The notes under the pieces were generated by a model. That model ran no database searches, had not been told where the DNA came from, and saw only the letters and a list, made by a program, of their open reading frames with translations. Both the position numbers and the translations under genes were made by a program. This document shows, one piece after another, positions 11,001 to 22,448 of a stretch of DNA of 50,449 nucleotides. The number at the start of each line of letters is the position of its first letter. Within the stretch, counting starts at the first letter, position 1. This stretch comes from Nemertoderma westbladi (lineage: Eukaryota > Animalia > Xenacoelomorpha): assembly GCA_032718475.1 (NCBI GenBank), contig JAUCBJ010008728.1, forward strand, positions 1 through 50,449, in the 5' to 3' direction.

Positions 11001-11566
11001 ATTAATTCCTCGCTGTCGATGACATAATCATCTGGAAGAAGGTCAGTTAACCCTCGGCTAGTGCATGATGCGTCATCAGTGATAAAATCAGGGTAGGTAA
11101 CAGTTCGTGCATTTAGATCACCAATGATTAGAAAATCAACATTATTGTACCTACACGTGAAGTAGGCCACAGCACGTTCTAACTCGACTAAAATGCCTAG
11201 GGCATCTCCACCGTGACTAGTGGAAGTTACTGGAGGGATGTACGCACAACACAAAATAATATCTTTCTGGTGCTTGATGACCTTTCCATCAAGCTTTAAC
11301 CATAAAATGTCATCTGAGTCAAAATCGTGCAAAACCGATAAGTACGGATCTAGATAATCCTTAAAATAGATTAGCACTCCACCACTAAATCTTTTCGCAT
11401 TTTTGTGTTTAGTTTTTCTACATTTCCTAGTAGAGCTGTAACCATCAATATCTACACAAACCAATGCGTTCGGACTTAGAAAGGTCTCTACACAAATGAA
11501 TACATCATATGACCTTATTGTTTCACAAAAATTTGGATCATTAACTGTTGTGGCAAGGCCTTCCAC
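8009..11566 (-). CDS. LINE ORF2: AP endonuclease, reverse transcriptase and C-terminal CCHC zinc finger
   Basis: GLLNVEGL, VETF, SGGV, AYIPP, GDLNAR, STIDY (APE); KSPGID, NYRPITLL, QGGFR, FIDLKKAFDSV, GVLQGESLSPLLF, LLFADD, YTYLG (RT); HYLAIETGRW...C-x2-C...EDEYHFLLVC. Stop-free 1185 aa; the listed start is GTG. Confidence 0.95.
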   Translation of the reverse strand: MEGLATTVNDPNFCETIRSYDVFICVETFLSPNALVCVDIDGYSSTRKCRKTKHKNAKRFSGGVLIYFKDYLDPYLSVLHDFDSDDILWLKLDGKVIKHQKDIILCCAYIPPVTSTSHGGDALGILVELERAVAYFTCRYNNVDFLIIGDLNARTVTYPDFITDDASCTSRGLTDLLPDDYVIDSEELIANNVLVTRSNMDKTLNKCGKDLLSFCKNTGLKIFNGRVGSDANIGKYTYYCNVGNNIYGASTIDYFVGSIALIASCREFAIGDPNLFSKHCIVAATINPNPPDITSGTADHTKPDTTPEQPQCCKWNDKFKADYHNFIQSTNVQHKLQEVQDDLIYECDFSQCNIDKCIGKFSNIFNDISNEYFTTTVGQSAKAKVHCRAIWFNDNCNGAKLEFSSALKNWRNLRTGESYSLLSNKRKVYKKTLRKARYEHYIDEATKLKLHRTSEAKLFWKKVKRVCGGSKVSNSASQPSLEQFRDFYKNQSDHECNFCDTGVPIPSPTDNFNLNDSRTIFERDLGMPFTEPEVSEIIHNLKRNKSPGIDNVLNEFLIEGCDHLVPTVVMLFNAILESGNFPSQWSIGIVTPLFKKGAKLNPGNYRPITLLSVLSKLFTSLLNRRLQWWADAFGIIVDAQGGFRSGYSTVDQMLILKSLIDHFLSGNSKKRKLYCAFIDLKKAFDSVDRSALWIKLLSLGVGGKLLNIVKSMYSSVKACVRSNGLLSDSYDCIIGVLQGESLSPLLFSLFINDLEAELSRGGFGGISIGVLKLYLLLFADDIVIISDSPIELQCALNILEQYCDYWCLSVNIDKSNIVVFRNGGRLCNSDTWSYKGTKLTVVNQYTYLGITFSASGKFNIAQQVLAEKAQKAYFSLLKLFVKYPCLPFDVAIFLFNALIKPILNYGSEVWGFQEAIDIERVNLKFLKSFLRIRSNSPNFVVYGETGQFPLYTGRYQSIIKYWLKVVALPKTRLLKRAYSMMLDDSVQDPSVVNWATKVRDLLNSLGYSNVWSTQSELIQSRTQFLASVKVRIRDQFKQRWRQDIVESPKGVFYIKETFRTSPYIQLLHNHLSLRQSFARFRCSSHYLAIETGRWYNIPRDQRLCIVCGNGDVEDEYHFLLVCEKYNSLRCNYLGRFFSRYPSIFKFNKLMCAVDNNIVFGIALYIFYAMKARGSILGSSGFENYT

Positions 11567-11634
11567 ATTTAATAAACCGATCTTTAGTTCTGTATTTAAG
11601 CTGAGCTCTGCCAGGCTCGAACCAGTCCGGTCAG

Positions 11635-13134
11635 TTAACCGTTGGCCTCCAGATTGCCCACTTCGGGGGGCGCGTTGTTGACCGGCTGGTTGGGTGGGTC
11701 ACCCTCACCACGTTCAGCTAGCACTTCGAATCGATTACGGATACTAGCGGGGCCCGACTCGCCTGTATCCGGACTTCCAGCATGATTTAAACCCGATGGT
11801 GTTCCCGTTCGCGATTCTGGTATCACTATCCACTCGGCGCTGTTACAAGTAGATTGGTTATGTTGTCGTTGCAGCTGCACTTTGATTGGTGGCTGGTTAA
11901 GAGATATCAGTTCTTCCTCGTCCGGGTCGACAGAACGTTGTTGCATATACTCCTCGATTTCCAAGTCCGCTTCGCGAATTGATTCTTCCGTTGGTTCTGG
12001 TGGAGGCGACACACTACAACGCACCGCCGTGGTGGTCCCAACAGCTGGTGCGGGCAGCGGGCGAGAAGGTAACGAGGCATGGAATACTGGCAGAGTGTGG
12101 CTTTCGTTGACCACAACCTCACGTTGTGCCTGCGAATGCGAATGCAGTGGAAGTGTCGGTTGGAACGGCGTGGACGGTCGATAACTGTTAATCGCTGGGT
12201 GCCGTGCCTGGTTGTAGTAGGGACCCGCTGCAGCTCGTCCTCCGACACCAACTGGACCACCGCTGCCGCCGATATTGGGCGTTAATCGACCTGGGTTTGC
12301 CACCGTTGCTCGAGCTCTGTTAAACACTTCCCCCTGAGACATAGAGGAAGAGGATGACGTAACTGGGGGTTGTACCTGAGAATAACGTTGTCGTTGTCGT
12401 TGCACAGCACGAACTGGAGGATTATTCGAAGTTGCCGCCGTCGAATTGGGACGCCTATTACCACTGAGTACTTCATCCACAGATATGTCGGGATAATCTT
12501 CAATGTCGCAACCCCGAATAAAAGCAGATCCCATACGTAGATTAGTCCCTGACACCGAACTTTTAATTCCTCGAGCATTTGCCTCGCGCGATAAGCGGAA
12601 TAAAGTGTCGCGCTGCTTCCGCATTTCCAGTGGGAAGTCATCGTGGATGTTAAATTGCGAACCCGCTAGTTTACTCTCCCGCTATTTGGAACTTTTGTTT
12701 CGACCGGGCAAACTCGACCTTAATGGGACGGTTACGATCCCGCATAAACCTTCCTTGTCTCGTCACTCTCTCTCTATATCGTTTGGATATACTTCGATTC
12801 CGAGGGCCTCCCAGAAGAAACCTAATGCCGTTGCCTCTAAATCTTCGTTGTACTGTTCTGGGATATTCCGGATAAAGAGGTTTCTGCGTGCCCAATCGCG
12901 CTCGAGATTAACTTGCCTTCTAGTCATTTCCTTGTAGTTTGCGTCCATCTTCTGCTTCACCGATACCATTTCAACTTTAGACTCGCGAATACCCTCGAGG
13001 ATAGTTGGGATTAATAGCAAGTTGTTCAGATGCGCCTGCGTTATAACAGCACCGTCCCCTTCTTGGTTGCTAGCAGCCTGAGGCAGGGAGCGTCCACTAC
13101 GTATGTGATTACAAATTTCCCGACCTTGTCCCAA
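11635..13134 (-). pseudogene. LINE ORF1 (coiled coil, L1-ORF1p-like RRM, disordered tail) with two frameshifts
   Basis: Joining frames gives RRNLFIRNIPE...LGIEVYPNDIER/VTRQGR...RPIKVEF.../KLAGSQFNIHDDFPLEMRKQR, an RRM-CTD pattern. Shifts occur at a (GA)n run ~12770 and at ~12680. Confidence 0.8.
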
Positions 13135-13916
13135 ATTCCCCCAGTTTATCCTATAACTTCCCGACTAACGAGCCCTTTTGAAAAGTTTTATTTCCTGCAC
13201 CGAACGCGGCCCTCGGGTGCAAAAAAAATCCCCACGCCAGCCTCCCTCATGTCACCCTCATGGCGGGTGACTTGGACACCAGTTTTTGTTTAAAAAAAAA
13301 TGCCACAACCCCTTACCGGTATATTGAGGGGTTGGGCATTTTACATATGAAAGATGGATAATATCTTGTTACACTCAGCATACAAAATTGGAGTTGCGAC
13401 ATTCTGGCTGATTTGTGCGACCGATTTTATGGTTAAAACATGTCCAAGTCACCCGCATTCACGGTAGTAATATAAATATTTCGACGCCGACTGCGCCAAG
13501 TGCAGCATCTCTATTATTGCTGTGTGTCTGCGCTGGTGCAGCACATCTCTGCGCGGGCCTTCTTTCACTTTGCCCGGCGCAGGTCAGAATGCTGCGCCAA
13601 ACGTATTCGGCGTACATCTGTACATGTAAAGCTTTTCAATAGGGCCTGCCAGCCTGCTGACCTGTAAAACTTTTCAATAGGCTGATAGGGGAGGAGGCTG
13701 GAGGCCGGAAGGGCTGACAGCTGAGAAAAAGTGGCGCCTCTACTATTGTACTACCAGTGAGCAGGTGAGTGTGATTCCAGATTCCCCCTACTGGCTACTG
13801 CCTGGCAGCCAGCCTGGCTTGCTGCCTACCGTATTACCAGACTGAGACATGGAGTGTGGAGAATGACAGAGCCAGACTGCTGTAGCGCTGTAGCCTGTAG
13901 GCAGGTAGGGTACCGG

Positions 13917-14537
13917 CCAGACTGGAATCCATACACTTTGCACCAGATTAATCCGGCGCACTTTGCAATAAATATGCGCCAATGTGGCGCGTGGCGCGCT
14001 CGAAAATCGTAAAGCGCGCCGACTTTGGTGCGTGGCGCGCTCGAAAATCGTAAAGCGCGCCGGCTTTGGCGCGTGGCGCTCCCAAAAATAAAAACCGGCG
14101 CCGATTTGATAGTTTACAGGTTTAACAATTTTTAAGGAAGTGCCTTAAAAATTGCATTAGCTGTTTAAAAATTTCGGCTCGCTTCGCTCGCCTTTCTTTT
14201 TCTGTTGTATGGTTCAGTCAGTCAGTGGTTATGGTTAGACAACTGTTGTATAGCAGTATAGGGCAGCAGGGACTGGTACAGCAGTACTGACTGACTGATA
14301 TTGACAGATTGGTTACACTCCCTCAAAATTGAATTTGCATTGGCGTGGTGCTCTTCAAAATTGTTTCAATGTTTGGCGCGCTTAAAAATTTAGTTGGCGC
14401 GGGGTTTCTTCGAAATTGCATCGGCGTGCTTAAAAATTTAGTTGGCGCAGGGTTTTTCTTCGAAATGGCATTGGCGCGCGGCGCGCATAAAAATTGGTCG
14501 GCGCGCCGGCGCACTTTTTGGATGGATTCCATACAGG
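13917..14537. mobile_element. MITE with 8-bp TSD (hAT- or P-like, non-autonomous)
   Basis: TSD GGTACCGG at 13909-13916 and 14538-14545; imperfect 16-bp TIR CCAGACTGGAATCCAT / ATGGATTCCATACAGG; many subterminal TGGCGCG repeats. Confidence 0.65.
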
Positions 14538-14920
14538 GGTACCGGTAGGCTACTGCTGTACTGACCTACAACTGTACAACAATCACCACACCATCACAAA
14601 ATTCTGAAATACAATAAAAATAATTAGGGCCTACCGTATAACACTGTCAGATGATAGGCATTAGGCCTACCGGTGCAGGCTGACAGGTAGGCCTACCGCT
14701 ACCGGTGCCTCTTGCCTCTATTTCTCTACCTACTGACCTGCAACCTGCCAAAAAAATTAAATACAAAATAATAACAACTACAGGTACAGTAACAGGCCTA
14801 TTTCATTCCGGTAGCAAATTGCTGTAGGCCTATTGCTGTATTGTGAATTGTAATCCTAGTGCATTACATCAGTCAGTACCGCAGTAAGTACACAGTAAGC
14901 TAAGTACCTTAAAAAAATAC

Positions 14921-14963
14921 CCCAATGCATTGTGGGTAAAAAAATTTCCCATCATGCATTGCG
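14921..14963. promoter_or_regulatory. Pair of divergent Staf/ZNF143 (SBS)-like sites; putative CACTA promoter
   Basis: TTCCCATCATGCATTGCG (+, 14946-14963) fits YWCCCRNMATSCMYYRCR; TACCCACAATGCATTGGG (-, 14921-14938) has one mismatch. Located just inside the 5' subterminal repeats. Confidence 0.55.
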
Positions 14964-15236
14964 CGCAAAACCATCTAATTATATTGCTGATTTAACAATA
15001 TTTATATTAGGAATACAAATGACAAAATAATGTTGTTGTTTTATATTGTATATTTATTTATATTGTGAAATATACAATATATAGTTTGTCATTTTGACAA
15101 AACTATTCAAATAAAATATAATTAGCTATATCTTGTAACAAAATAACAATATATATAATTATAATGCCAAAATGCATTTTGTCAAAAATTTGACAATCAT
15201 GAAATTGCCAACTGCGCAATATAATTTTTAAGAGTG

Positions 15237-18200
15237 CAGCTCTCCCTTCAGGGGGTCATCCCAACTGTCGTTTTCCTTCCACATTCTCTGAACAAGGTCT
15301 CTAGCTATGAGTATGATGGGGCTAATGAATCCTAGGGGGTCAAAATATGTACTAAGTATGCTTAAACATATACGTTTGGTTCTAACTAGATCATCACGCA
15401 ACTTAACCTTAAAAAACATATTGTCGGTCTCAGTGCTCCAACAAAGACCTAGGGTCTTTGTTTCCGGCAGGTCGTCCTTATTCAAGTCTAATTCAGTGTC
15501 ACCCCGTTCGGAGGGTTCAATTGCCTTTAAGAACTCTCTTGAATTGCTCGCGAACTTGGTTAACCTGAAACCTCCTAGTTTAAGACAATCTATGGTAGAA
15601 AGTGCTATTTTTATAGCTTCTTCTACTGATGGGGCTGACTTCAAATTGTCATCCATGTATATGTCCCGTTTGATATTATTAATAACTGACACTGGAAATT
15701 CATCTCTGTGGTCATCTGCAGTCCGGTGCAAGACTGAACAAGAGTTTGAAGGACTAGAGATAATTCCGAAGGCTTGTATGGTCATTCTATATTCTACGGG
15801 TGTCACTTTAAGATCACCCTCAGGCCACCACAAGAAACGCATGCTATCTCTATCTTCGCTCAAGGCCTTGACCTGCAAAAACATGCCTTCAATATCAGAA
15901 GCAAAGGCTACCTCATACTGTCTCATACGCATTAAGATCCCTGGTAGAGACTGTAACAAGTTAGGCCCTGGTAATAGCTCAGAATTTAAAGATTGCCCTT
16001 TATAATGTGCTGATCCATCGAATACGACACGGATTTTTCCGGGTTTGTCTTCCCGCTCCACATAGTGATGGGTCAAGTAATAAGTTTTTTCACTCGGGGC
16101 CGAGTCAAGGGGAACTAATTCGGCATACCCTTTACCTATGAATTTAGCCATCTGTTCTTTGTACAATTTACAAGCTGGGGGGTTAGATGTTAAACGTCGT
16201 TGGAGTTGCAAAATACGTTTTTCAGCTAGCGGTCTGTTGTTGAACAGCTTAGGCTGTGGTGCACGCCAAAGCAAACCTACCTCGTATTTACCTTCCAAGG
16301 GCAAAAAACGTGTGGTAGTTCTCTGTATCTGTTTTGCACGCTCTTCTTCTACTGATGGTGCTCTGTCATTGAAATTATGCTCTAAGGTTTCCTGTTGCAT
16401 CCATGCTGCTGTGTATTCTTCTAGGTGAACACGGCGTCTAGCTTCCTCCAATTCCAGGAGCTCCTGCTGATGCTCAGCACGAGTATCAAGTAGGAGGTGG
16501 TATAGCTTATATTGGGTGTCCCAAAGATCGCTGTCACTGATTAAGTTAGTGGCTTCAGAAGTATCAAGTCGTGCAGAGAATGTATCATTATCTGATGACA
16601 TGTCAGACTCACTCTCGCTGTCTATATCTAACCTTCCATCAATGGTCATACAAGTTTGCTCTATTTCTATGTCACTGGCCACTGGGTGTGTCTGTTCACT
16701 GGTGATGTACTTTGTTCCAAGACGTTCTTTTAATGTCTTGTTAGATGGGCCAGTACAGAACCAACCCACGCGAGTCCTTCCTGCATAAGCAGACAAAGGT
16801 TTTGGGTACTCGGGTCTCTTTTCTAGGACTTCTAATGCTTCAGGGACGTTTTGCCCTACCAGCAACTGTACACCTGGGTAATCGGGGGGGAATCTTGGGA
16901 TATTATGTTCCCTAGTGAAGTTATCTTCATCCCAGTTATATTCCTTAGCCTGGCTTCGTGCGAAATTTTTAATGGCTACCATTTTTACATTTTTGACACT
17001 GTCTACACCCTGTGTATCCTGCGGGGCAGATAGAGAGCCCTTATAGTACACTGTTTCTACAGTAGACTGCCACTTCTGCATGATACCCGAGAGGTTCAAT
17101 TTCATTTTGTGACTTTCGCTTTCATGGAATATGGTGTCTGCCAAATCCTTATCTATGAAGGTACTGGTGCTACCAGTATCCATTAAGGCATTGACAACTA
17201 CACTACAATTTCCTGCATGAAGACGCACCTGCAATAGTGGAAATTCACGGACACCCCTTATTTCCATGCGTCCTATTGGACTTGGAAGATGATTTGCTCT
17301 AAAACAACTTTCCATGATGGGGTCCTCAGGGTCTTCATATGTGAGTGCTTCATACACATCTATATTATTGCAGCACTCATCGTCATCAGAAAATTCTCCA
17401 GGAAAAAACTTATCTGGCTCCTCATCTGTGTCCCTTATGTCCTGCTCTACAAAGTGTACACGTTGGTCGGTTTCCCCATTGGGGTCACGTTCTTGATGTA
17501 AAAGTGAGTGATGGGGACCTTGACAAATATTACAAGAGTTGGTATTTACTAGACTACATTTTCTTCTGAGATGCCCCGGTTTAAGGCAGAGAAAACAGGA
17601 AAGCAAGTCCATGGCCGTTTGCCTGCGTTCCTTGAGGGTTTTCTTCAAGAACATTGGACAGCGCGATAAGGGGTGTATTTCGAGTTTACACAGAGGACAC
17701 TTATATGCCATTGGGGTTATGGTGTTGTTAACCTTAGTCTTCCGGTCCTCCAGATCGTTATTTCTAGGCTTTAAATTTGGTTTAGAATAAGTCTCGCCCC
17801 TTTCTGTATGTTTTAGATTTTGAACTGGCTTCTCAATGCTATGTTGTTTTTTACCTTTGTTATAATTGGGTTTGCTCAGGTAAACGTTCCCATAACCATC
17901 TTCTTCTGGCTCACTGGTAGAGAGAAGCTCTTCAAAATTGGTCCGGTAGGCATATCGTTTTTTAATAGTAGCCTTCTCCGTTTTGGACTCTGAACGATTG
18001 GCTCCCTTTTCGCGGTCGAGGGTTTTGAGATAAGTTTTTACTTCATCATCTAGAAATCCCCTGAAAGTATTCATATCTGGGGATGACCCATTTCTTTTAT
18101 TATACACCATAGTTAATCTATCCCATCTGGTCCCAATGGAACCCTTTGGTAAAGCACTGGAAACCATCTGTACTGTCATAGCAGTGTCATAAACTTCACT

Positions 18201-21200
18201 TCGATTAAGCCAATCAAGCTGCCTACAGATTTCCTCGACATCGTCTCTAAATTCAATTATGGCATTTTGAGAGACTCTGCCTTTGGAGGTGAGTCTCTCA
18301 TACATGCATCGTGCTAAGCTGTCCTCATTGCCGTAACGTTCTCTTAACATATTCCACACGATATTTACACCATCCGCATGTCCAACATATCTAGCCGCCA
18401 TATGCTTAGGGGAACCTTCGAGGCAATTGATTAAGAATCTTAATTTCTCGCTATTACTTAATGGCGAGTCTAGAATATTGTCCTTACAAAATTCGGTAAA
18501 GGATAGCCATTTTAATTCATCTCCATCAAATTTCATTATTTGACCTGTTGAAACACACTGTCGGGCTTCAGTACGAGCCATATGTTTTGATAGGTCTGCC
18601 TGGATGACTGATGAATTAAATAGGATGTCTGTCAATGGTGAATTGTTGTTGTCCTGATATGTGGTATTTTCTGCCTGAATACCATTCACATCCGACGCTC
18701 GTTTTAGGATCCGCATCCCTCGAGCATTGTTTGGTGAATCTGTTTGCTTATTAGCTGTTGCCACAGTATCCTGTAAAATAACCAGTTGTTGCTGTAGGTC
18801 TTCATTTTCCTTCAATATGGAGTTCAATTGTTCCTTACACTCCTTCAATTGGCCTTCAGCTGGCTCCTGGCCAGGATGCAGCTTGTAATTTCTTCTGTCT
18901 GGAAATGGTGCATTGGTAAAATTGTCAGGTGTGCTATCATCTGGAAATGATGCGGCATTAACTCTGGTATAGCGTGAGTCACCCTGTGGCGAGACACATC
19001 GTCCGTGAGTATCTTGTGCGAATCTAACTTCCGGGTGAGGGAGGGGTGTCACATTATTATATAGTGGGACAAACGTCCGCCTTCCAGGCGATAACGGCAT
19101 TGCCTCATTCCAGTCCCGATATCCTGTTACCGGCGCTATTGCGGTTTTTATAGCGGGGCCAGTGGGAGACAGCCTATCATCTGGATTGGTGTAATATGGG
19201 CGGTTATGATATGGTTTGTAATATGAGTCAACTTCAGTTGTCACTGGGAAACCTATGTGGTGTTCAATAACTGGCATGTCCCTTAAGGGTATATTTTCTG
19301 TATGGACTTGATCCACCCTTGAAGTAATGGGGGGAATATATTTCGAGGTGGTTGGGGGGTGAGGTTCCCTTTCCAAACGAGTTATTGGTGAGACTCCACT
19401 ACCAAAAGAAATTCTTCCTTCTCTAGATTGTGCTACTGTACTAGATAAGTAACCATGGTCCCGTGGCCGGGAGTATGTCATTGATGGGATGGCTTGGGTA
19501 ACTTGAACAGGACATTGCATGTTTGTGGTTTTAACATTTGGGTTTATAGTGTGAGATAAGTTACTGCTGGTAATTGGAGAGGTTACTGCCGTGGTTTTCG
19601 GCAGGCCATCAGATTTATGCGTTTCTACTACTGAGTCAATGAACTCGGGTGAAGCACCACTATCGCTTGGTTTAACAGTGAAGACGCTGTGTGTAGAAGA
19701 GGGTGGTGGGTGCTCCCCATTCGACATTTTATCTACTGTCACATTCTCGTGTATTGTTAGAGCCTTAGGCTCATTCGGCTCTACTACTTCTGGCAATTTT
19801 TCCAGGGAATGCTTAGGAGCAGCGCCAGTGTGGAAACTATCAACCATGCTGGCATAATCACCAGAGATCACATTTCGATCTCGAGGAGGGAGGTCTGGTA
19901 AAACTACTCGGGTGGCTCGCCTGCGTTTACTCTTGGAGCTCCTCACACTTCCACCTGCATCCGTGGAAATGCTCTCATCGGATGAAGTAAAAGTATCCTT
20001 AAAGGACTTATCACATCCTTGTTGTACGCTAGCCCTTTCCTTGCGGTGTTGTTCGTCTTGCTTTAGTAGGGCTAGCTTCTGCTTTATAGCTAGTTCCTTC
20101 TCCACGAAAGCTGTAAGTTGAGCTTCCTGTTTGGCGAGTTGTGCTTTCTCTTTAGCAGACTGTAGTTTTCTCATAGTATCATCTAATTCTGCCCTTTTTT
20201 TATTTGCTGCTAATTGTAGTTCTAATTCTAGAATTTCCCGCTTGGCGGCGTGTTGAACTTTTCGTTCTTGTAGGAAGCACTCTGCGTCTATAGTATCAAG
20301 GACATCTCTGGTTTCCTTACTGGAAGGTGCTAAGCCTTTAAGACGCGTCCTCAACTCTGTTTCTCCAACTGTCTTGATATAAGAACCCAAATACCTTGAT
20401 ATGGCATCCATACCATCGCTGAGTTGAGATTCTTCCGAGTCTAAATCGGAATTATTAGCAGCCTCCTTCCCAGAGCAAGCTATGTCTTCACCAGGAGGTA
20501 ATACCGGCCCATGTAATGACTCAAGAGCTAAGGCTTTCCTTGCTATTACTGCCGTTTCTGTCAGTTGGCGAGTCAGCATGGATGAGAGTTTACTGTCATT
20601 ATATCTAGATGCCATCTCATGAAAGGCAGATAGTATAAGCCGTATCCTACAAATGATTTCTTTTACCTCAAGATACTTAACTGGGTTTGTCTTAGGGTCG
20701 GGTTGCTCAAGTTTTAATTTATGGGTCACCATTTCTATATGATGCTCAAATTTGCTTACATGTATGCATGCCTCGGTAACCAATTGCTCAATATTGGTAA
20801 CGCCCCGAGGTACCTTTAACCTATATAGTTCATCCCAAGGTAGCTCATTGAATCTGAAGAACTTATCTAGGGCTGGCTGGTTATAGTATAAGTTGACCAG
20901 GTAATGTAGTTCGTCGGTGTATATGTCCTGTTCAATGGCTAATATACCCTCTTCAACCTTGTGCCGGTAGCTGTCTATCTCCTCTAACAGGAAAGCTAGT
21001 CTGACTTGGGGAGCAGACAAGAGAGGCTCGTTAAAACTGAGCTGCTGACTTGCACTAGCTAGTAAAGTCGGAACTTCCTCGCTACTTGTTTGGGAGTGAG
21101 TAAACATGATTGGGGAAGTATCTGCCAATAACGGCTGACCCTGACCTTGACCAATGCCGTCTTCAAAGTTAATAAGGTTCAGATGGGTGCTGGGTTCACT

Positions 21201-21467
21201 TACCATTGTACCAGTTGTCGGGCATGTAAGTGGCCGGGCGATTGGTGACCTATCTCCATCCATTGGTTTGTCAGAAAGGTTCTGGCCAAGTCTAGCTTCT
21301 TCCGCCTCCCTGGAGACCTGCCTGGTTCGTATTCTTGAACGCTCCCAAATTGTCTTACTGCGAACTGGTTGAGCTTTCATAGGCATAGTGTGAGGTGGTA
21401 TGAGCCCCGCAGGGTTCAGTGTGAGGGGTTCTGACTTTCGACTCAAATCGCTATCAGTGGTTGACAT
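15237..21467 (-). CDS. Bel/Pao retrotransposon copy 1 gag-pol, N-terminal part (long extension, Gag, protease, RT)
   Basis: KFDGDELKWLSF...EKLRFL (DUF1759-like Gag); three Cys/His knuckles (CPLC..H..C, CFLC..GH..C, CNICQGPHH); ALMDTGST protease; RVVFDGSA, SLNSELLPGPNL, SDIEGMFLQV, IYMDD RT; YFDPLGFISP. Confidence 0.95.
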
Positions 21468-22448
21468 GTTTTAATTTTATAATTTTGAAATTCGAAGTTT
21501 TATTGCAAAGCTAAGTGTTATTTTATTCCACACAGGTTAGAAATTGCCAAAAACTTCTTGTAACTTCAAATATTATGAACACCACCTAGCGGAAATTCAT
21601 ACACACGATATACACCCTTTATTTCTCAGTAATCCAGGTAGAGCTATCTCTTAGCTAGGATTAATGTACTTTATACTTTCAAATGAATCAGTGCTCTGCC
21701 TTACTTCTTTAAAGCTGAGTTCTATGCCGAACTTATAAAGTTTGAGACATCCCTAAATTTCATAAGACCAAATAAATCCAAGCAATAAATAATACACGCC
21801 TGAGGGATTTTATTAGACAAGCCCGCACACACGCTACAGACAGTGACGTTTGAATGCAATAAGAGTTTATCATTCAATCCCTGTTATTCCCTGAAACAAC
21901 AAGTGTGGATGAATTGTATACTCGGTACGCCTGAAATTAAACGATAATATGTTTAAAACTGATTTTGGCGTCAGGGGTCTGGGTTTTACCTGTAAATAAA
22001 TGAGAAATTTTAAACAGCCACAGGGAATAAATCTGTCAAAGACAAATTTCTGTGGTAGATTTATGGCTGAAATATAACGACAGGTATAGCTGTACTGTAT
22101 GTGTCGTCTTCCTTGTGAGGTTATTTGAAAGGTCGTTACGATAACACTATTTGTAACTAAGTGATGCGTACTTAATTTAGGGCACGTGTTGTAACACTAA
22201 GTTACCAATTTAAATGACAATCAACTTGTCCTAATTTAAATTATCACAGAAATGTAGGGGATGAGACGTTCGATAGATTTAAAGATATTACTGTATGTTA
22301 AGTACCTCGCGAAATGTAACTGATAAAATAATAAATAGGTTTCGGTGTCCGTTTCACACGACGATGCGAACTCGATCATGTAATCGTGCAACGGGAAAAT
22401 ATATAGTTATTAATTTGTCAGAAGTTAATTGCTCCACAGACACATACA

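Larger units (their letters stand above)
7790..13200 (-). mobile_element. Near full-length two-ORF LINE (APE-RT, RTEX-like; clade tentative) nested in the CACTA element
   Basis: ORF1 and ORF2 in tandem, with a short 3' UTR ending in a (TAT)n-like tail near 7790. No TSD found, so boundaries are approximate. Confidence 0.85.
3479..15236 (-). mobile_element. CACTA/EnSpm (CMC) DNA transposon inserted in Bel/Pao pol
   Basis: Terminal inverted repeats CACTCTTAAAAA (3479) / TTTTTAAGAGTG (15236); 2-bp TSD CA at 3477-3478 and 15237-15238; many subterminal TTGTCAA/TTGCCAA/TTGGCAA repeats at both ends; EnSpm-type transposase remnant inside. Confidence 0.92.

Noticed and set aside
13195-13340. Ribozyme at the LINE 5' end (hairpins GTCACCC/GGGTGAC and CAACCCCT/AGGGGTTG)
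   Set aside because: Could not fit an HDV-like double pseudoknot on the sense strand; simple hairpins only.
15307-16005. 232-aa antisense ORF (and its counterpart at 43424-44056)
   Set aside because: Shadow of the conserved RT codons; no independent motifs. Other short overlapping ORFs were rejected for the same reason.
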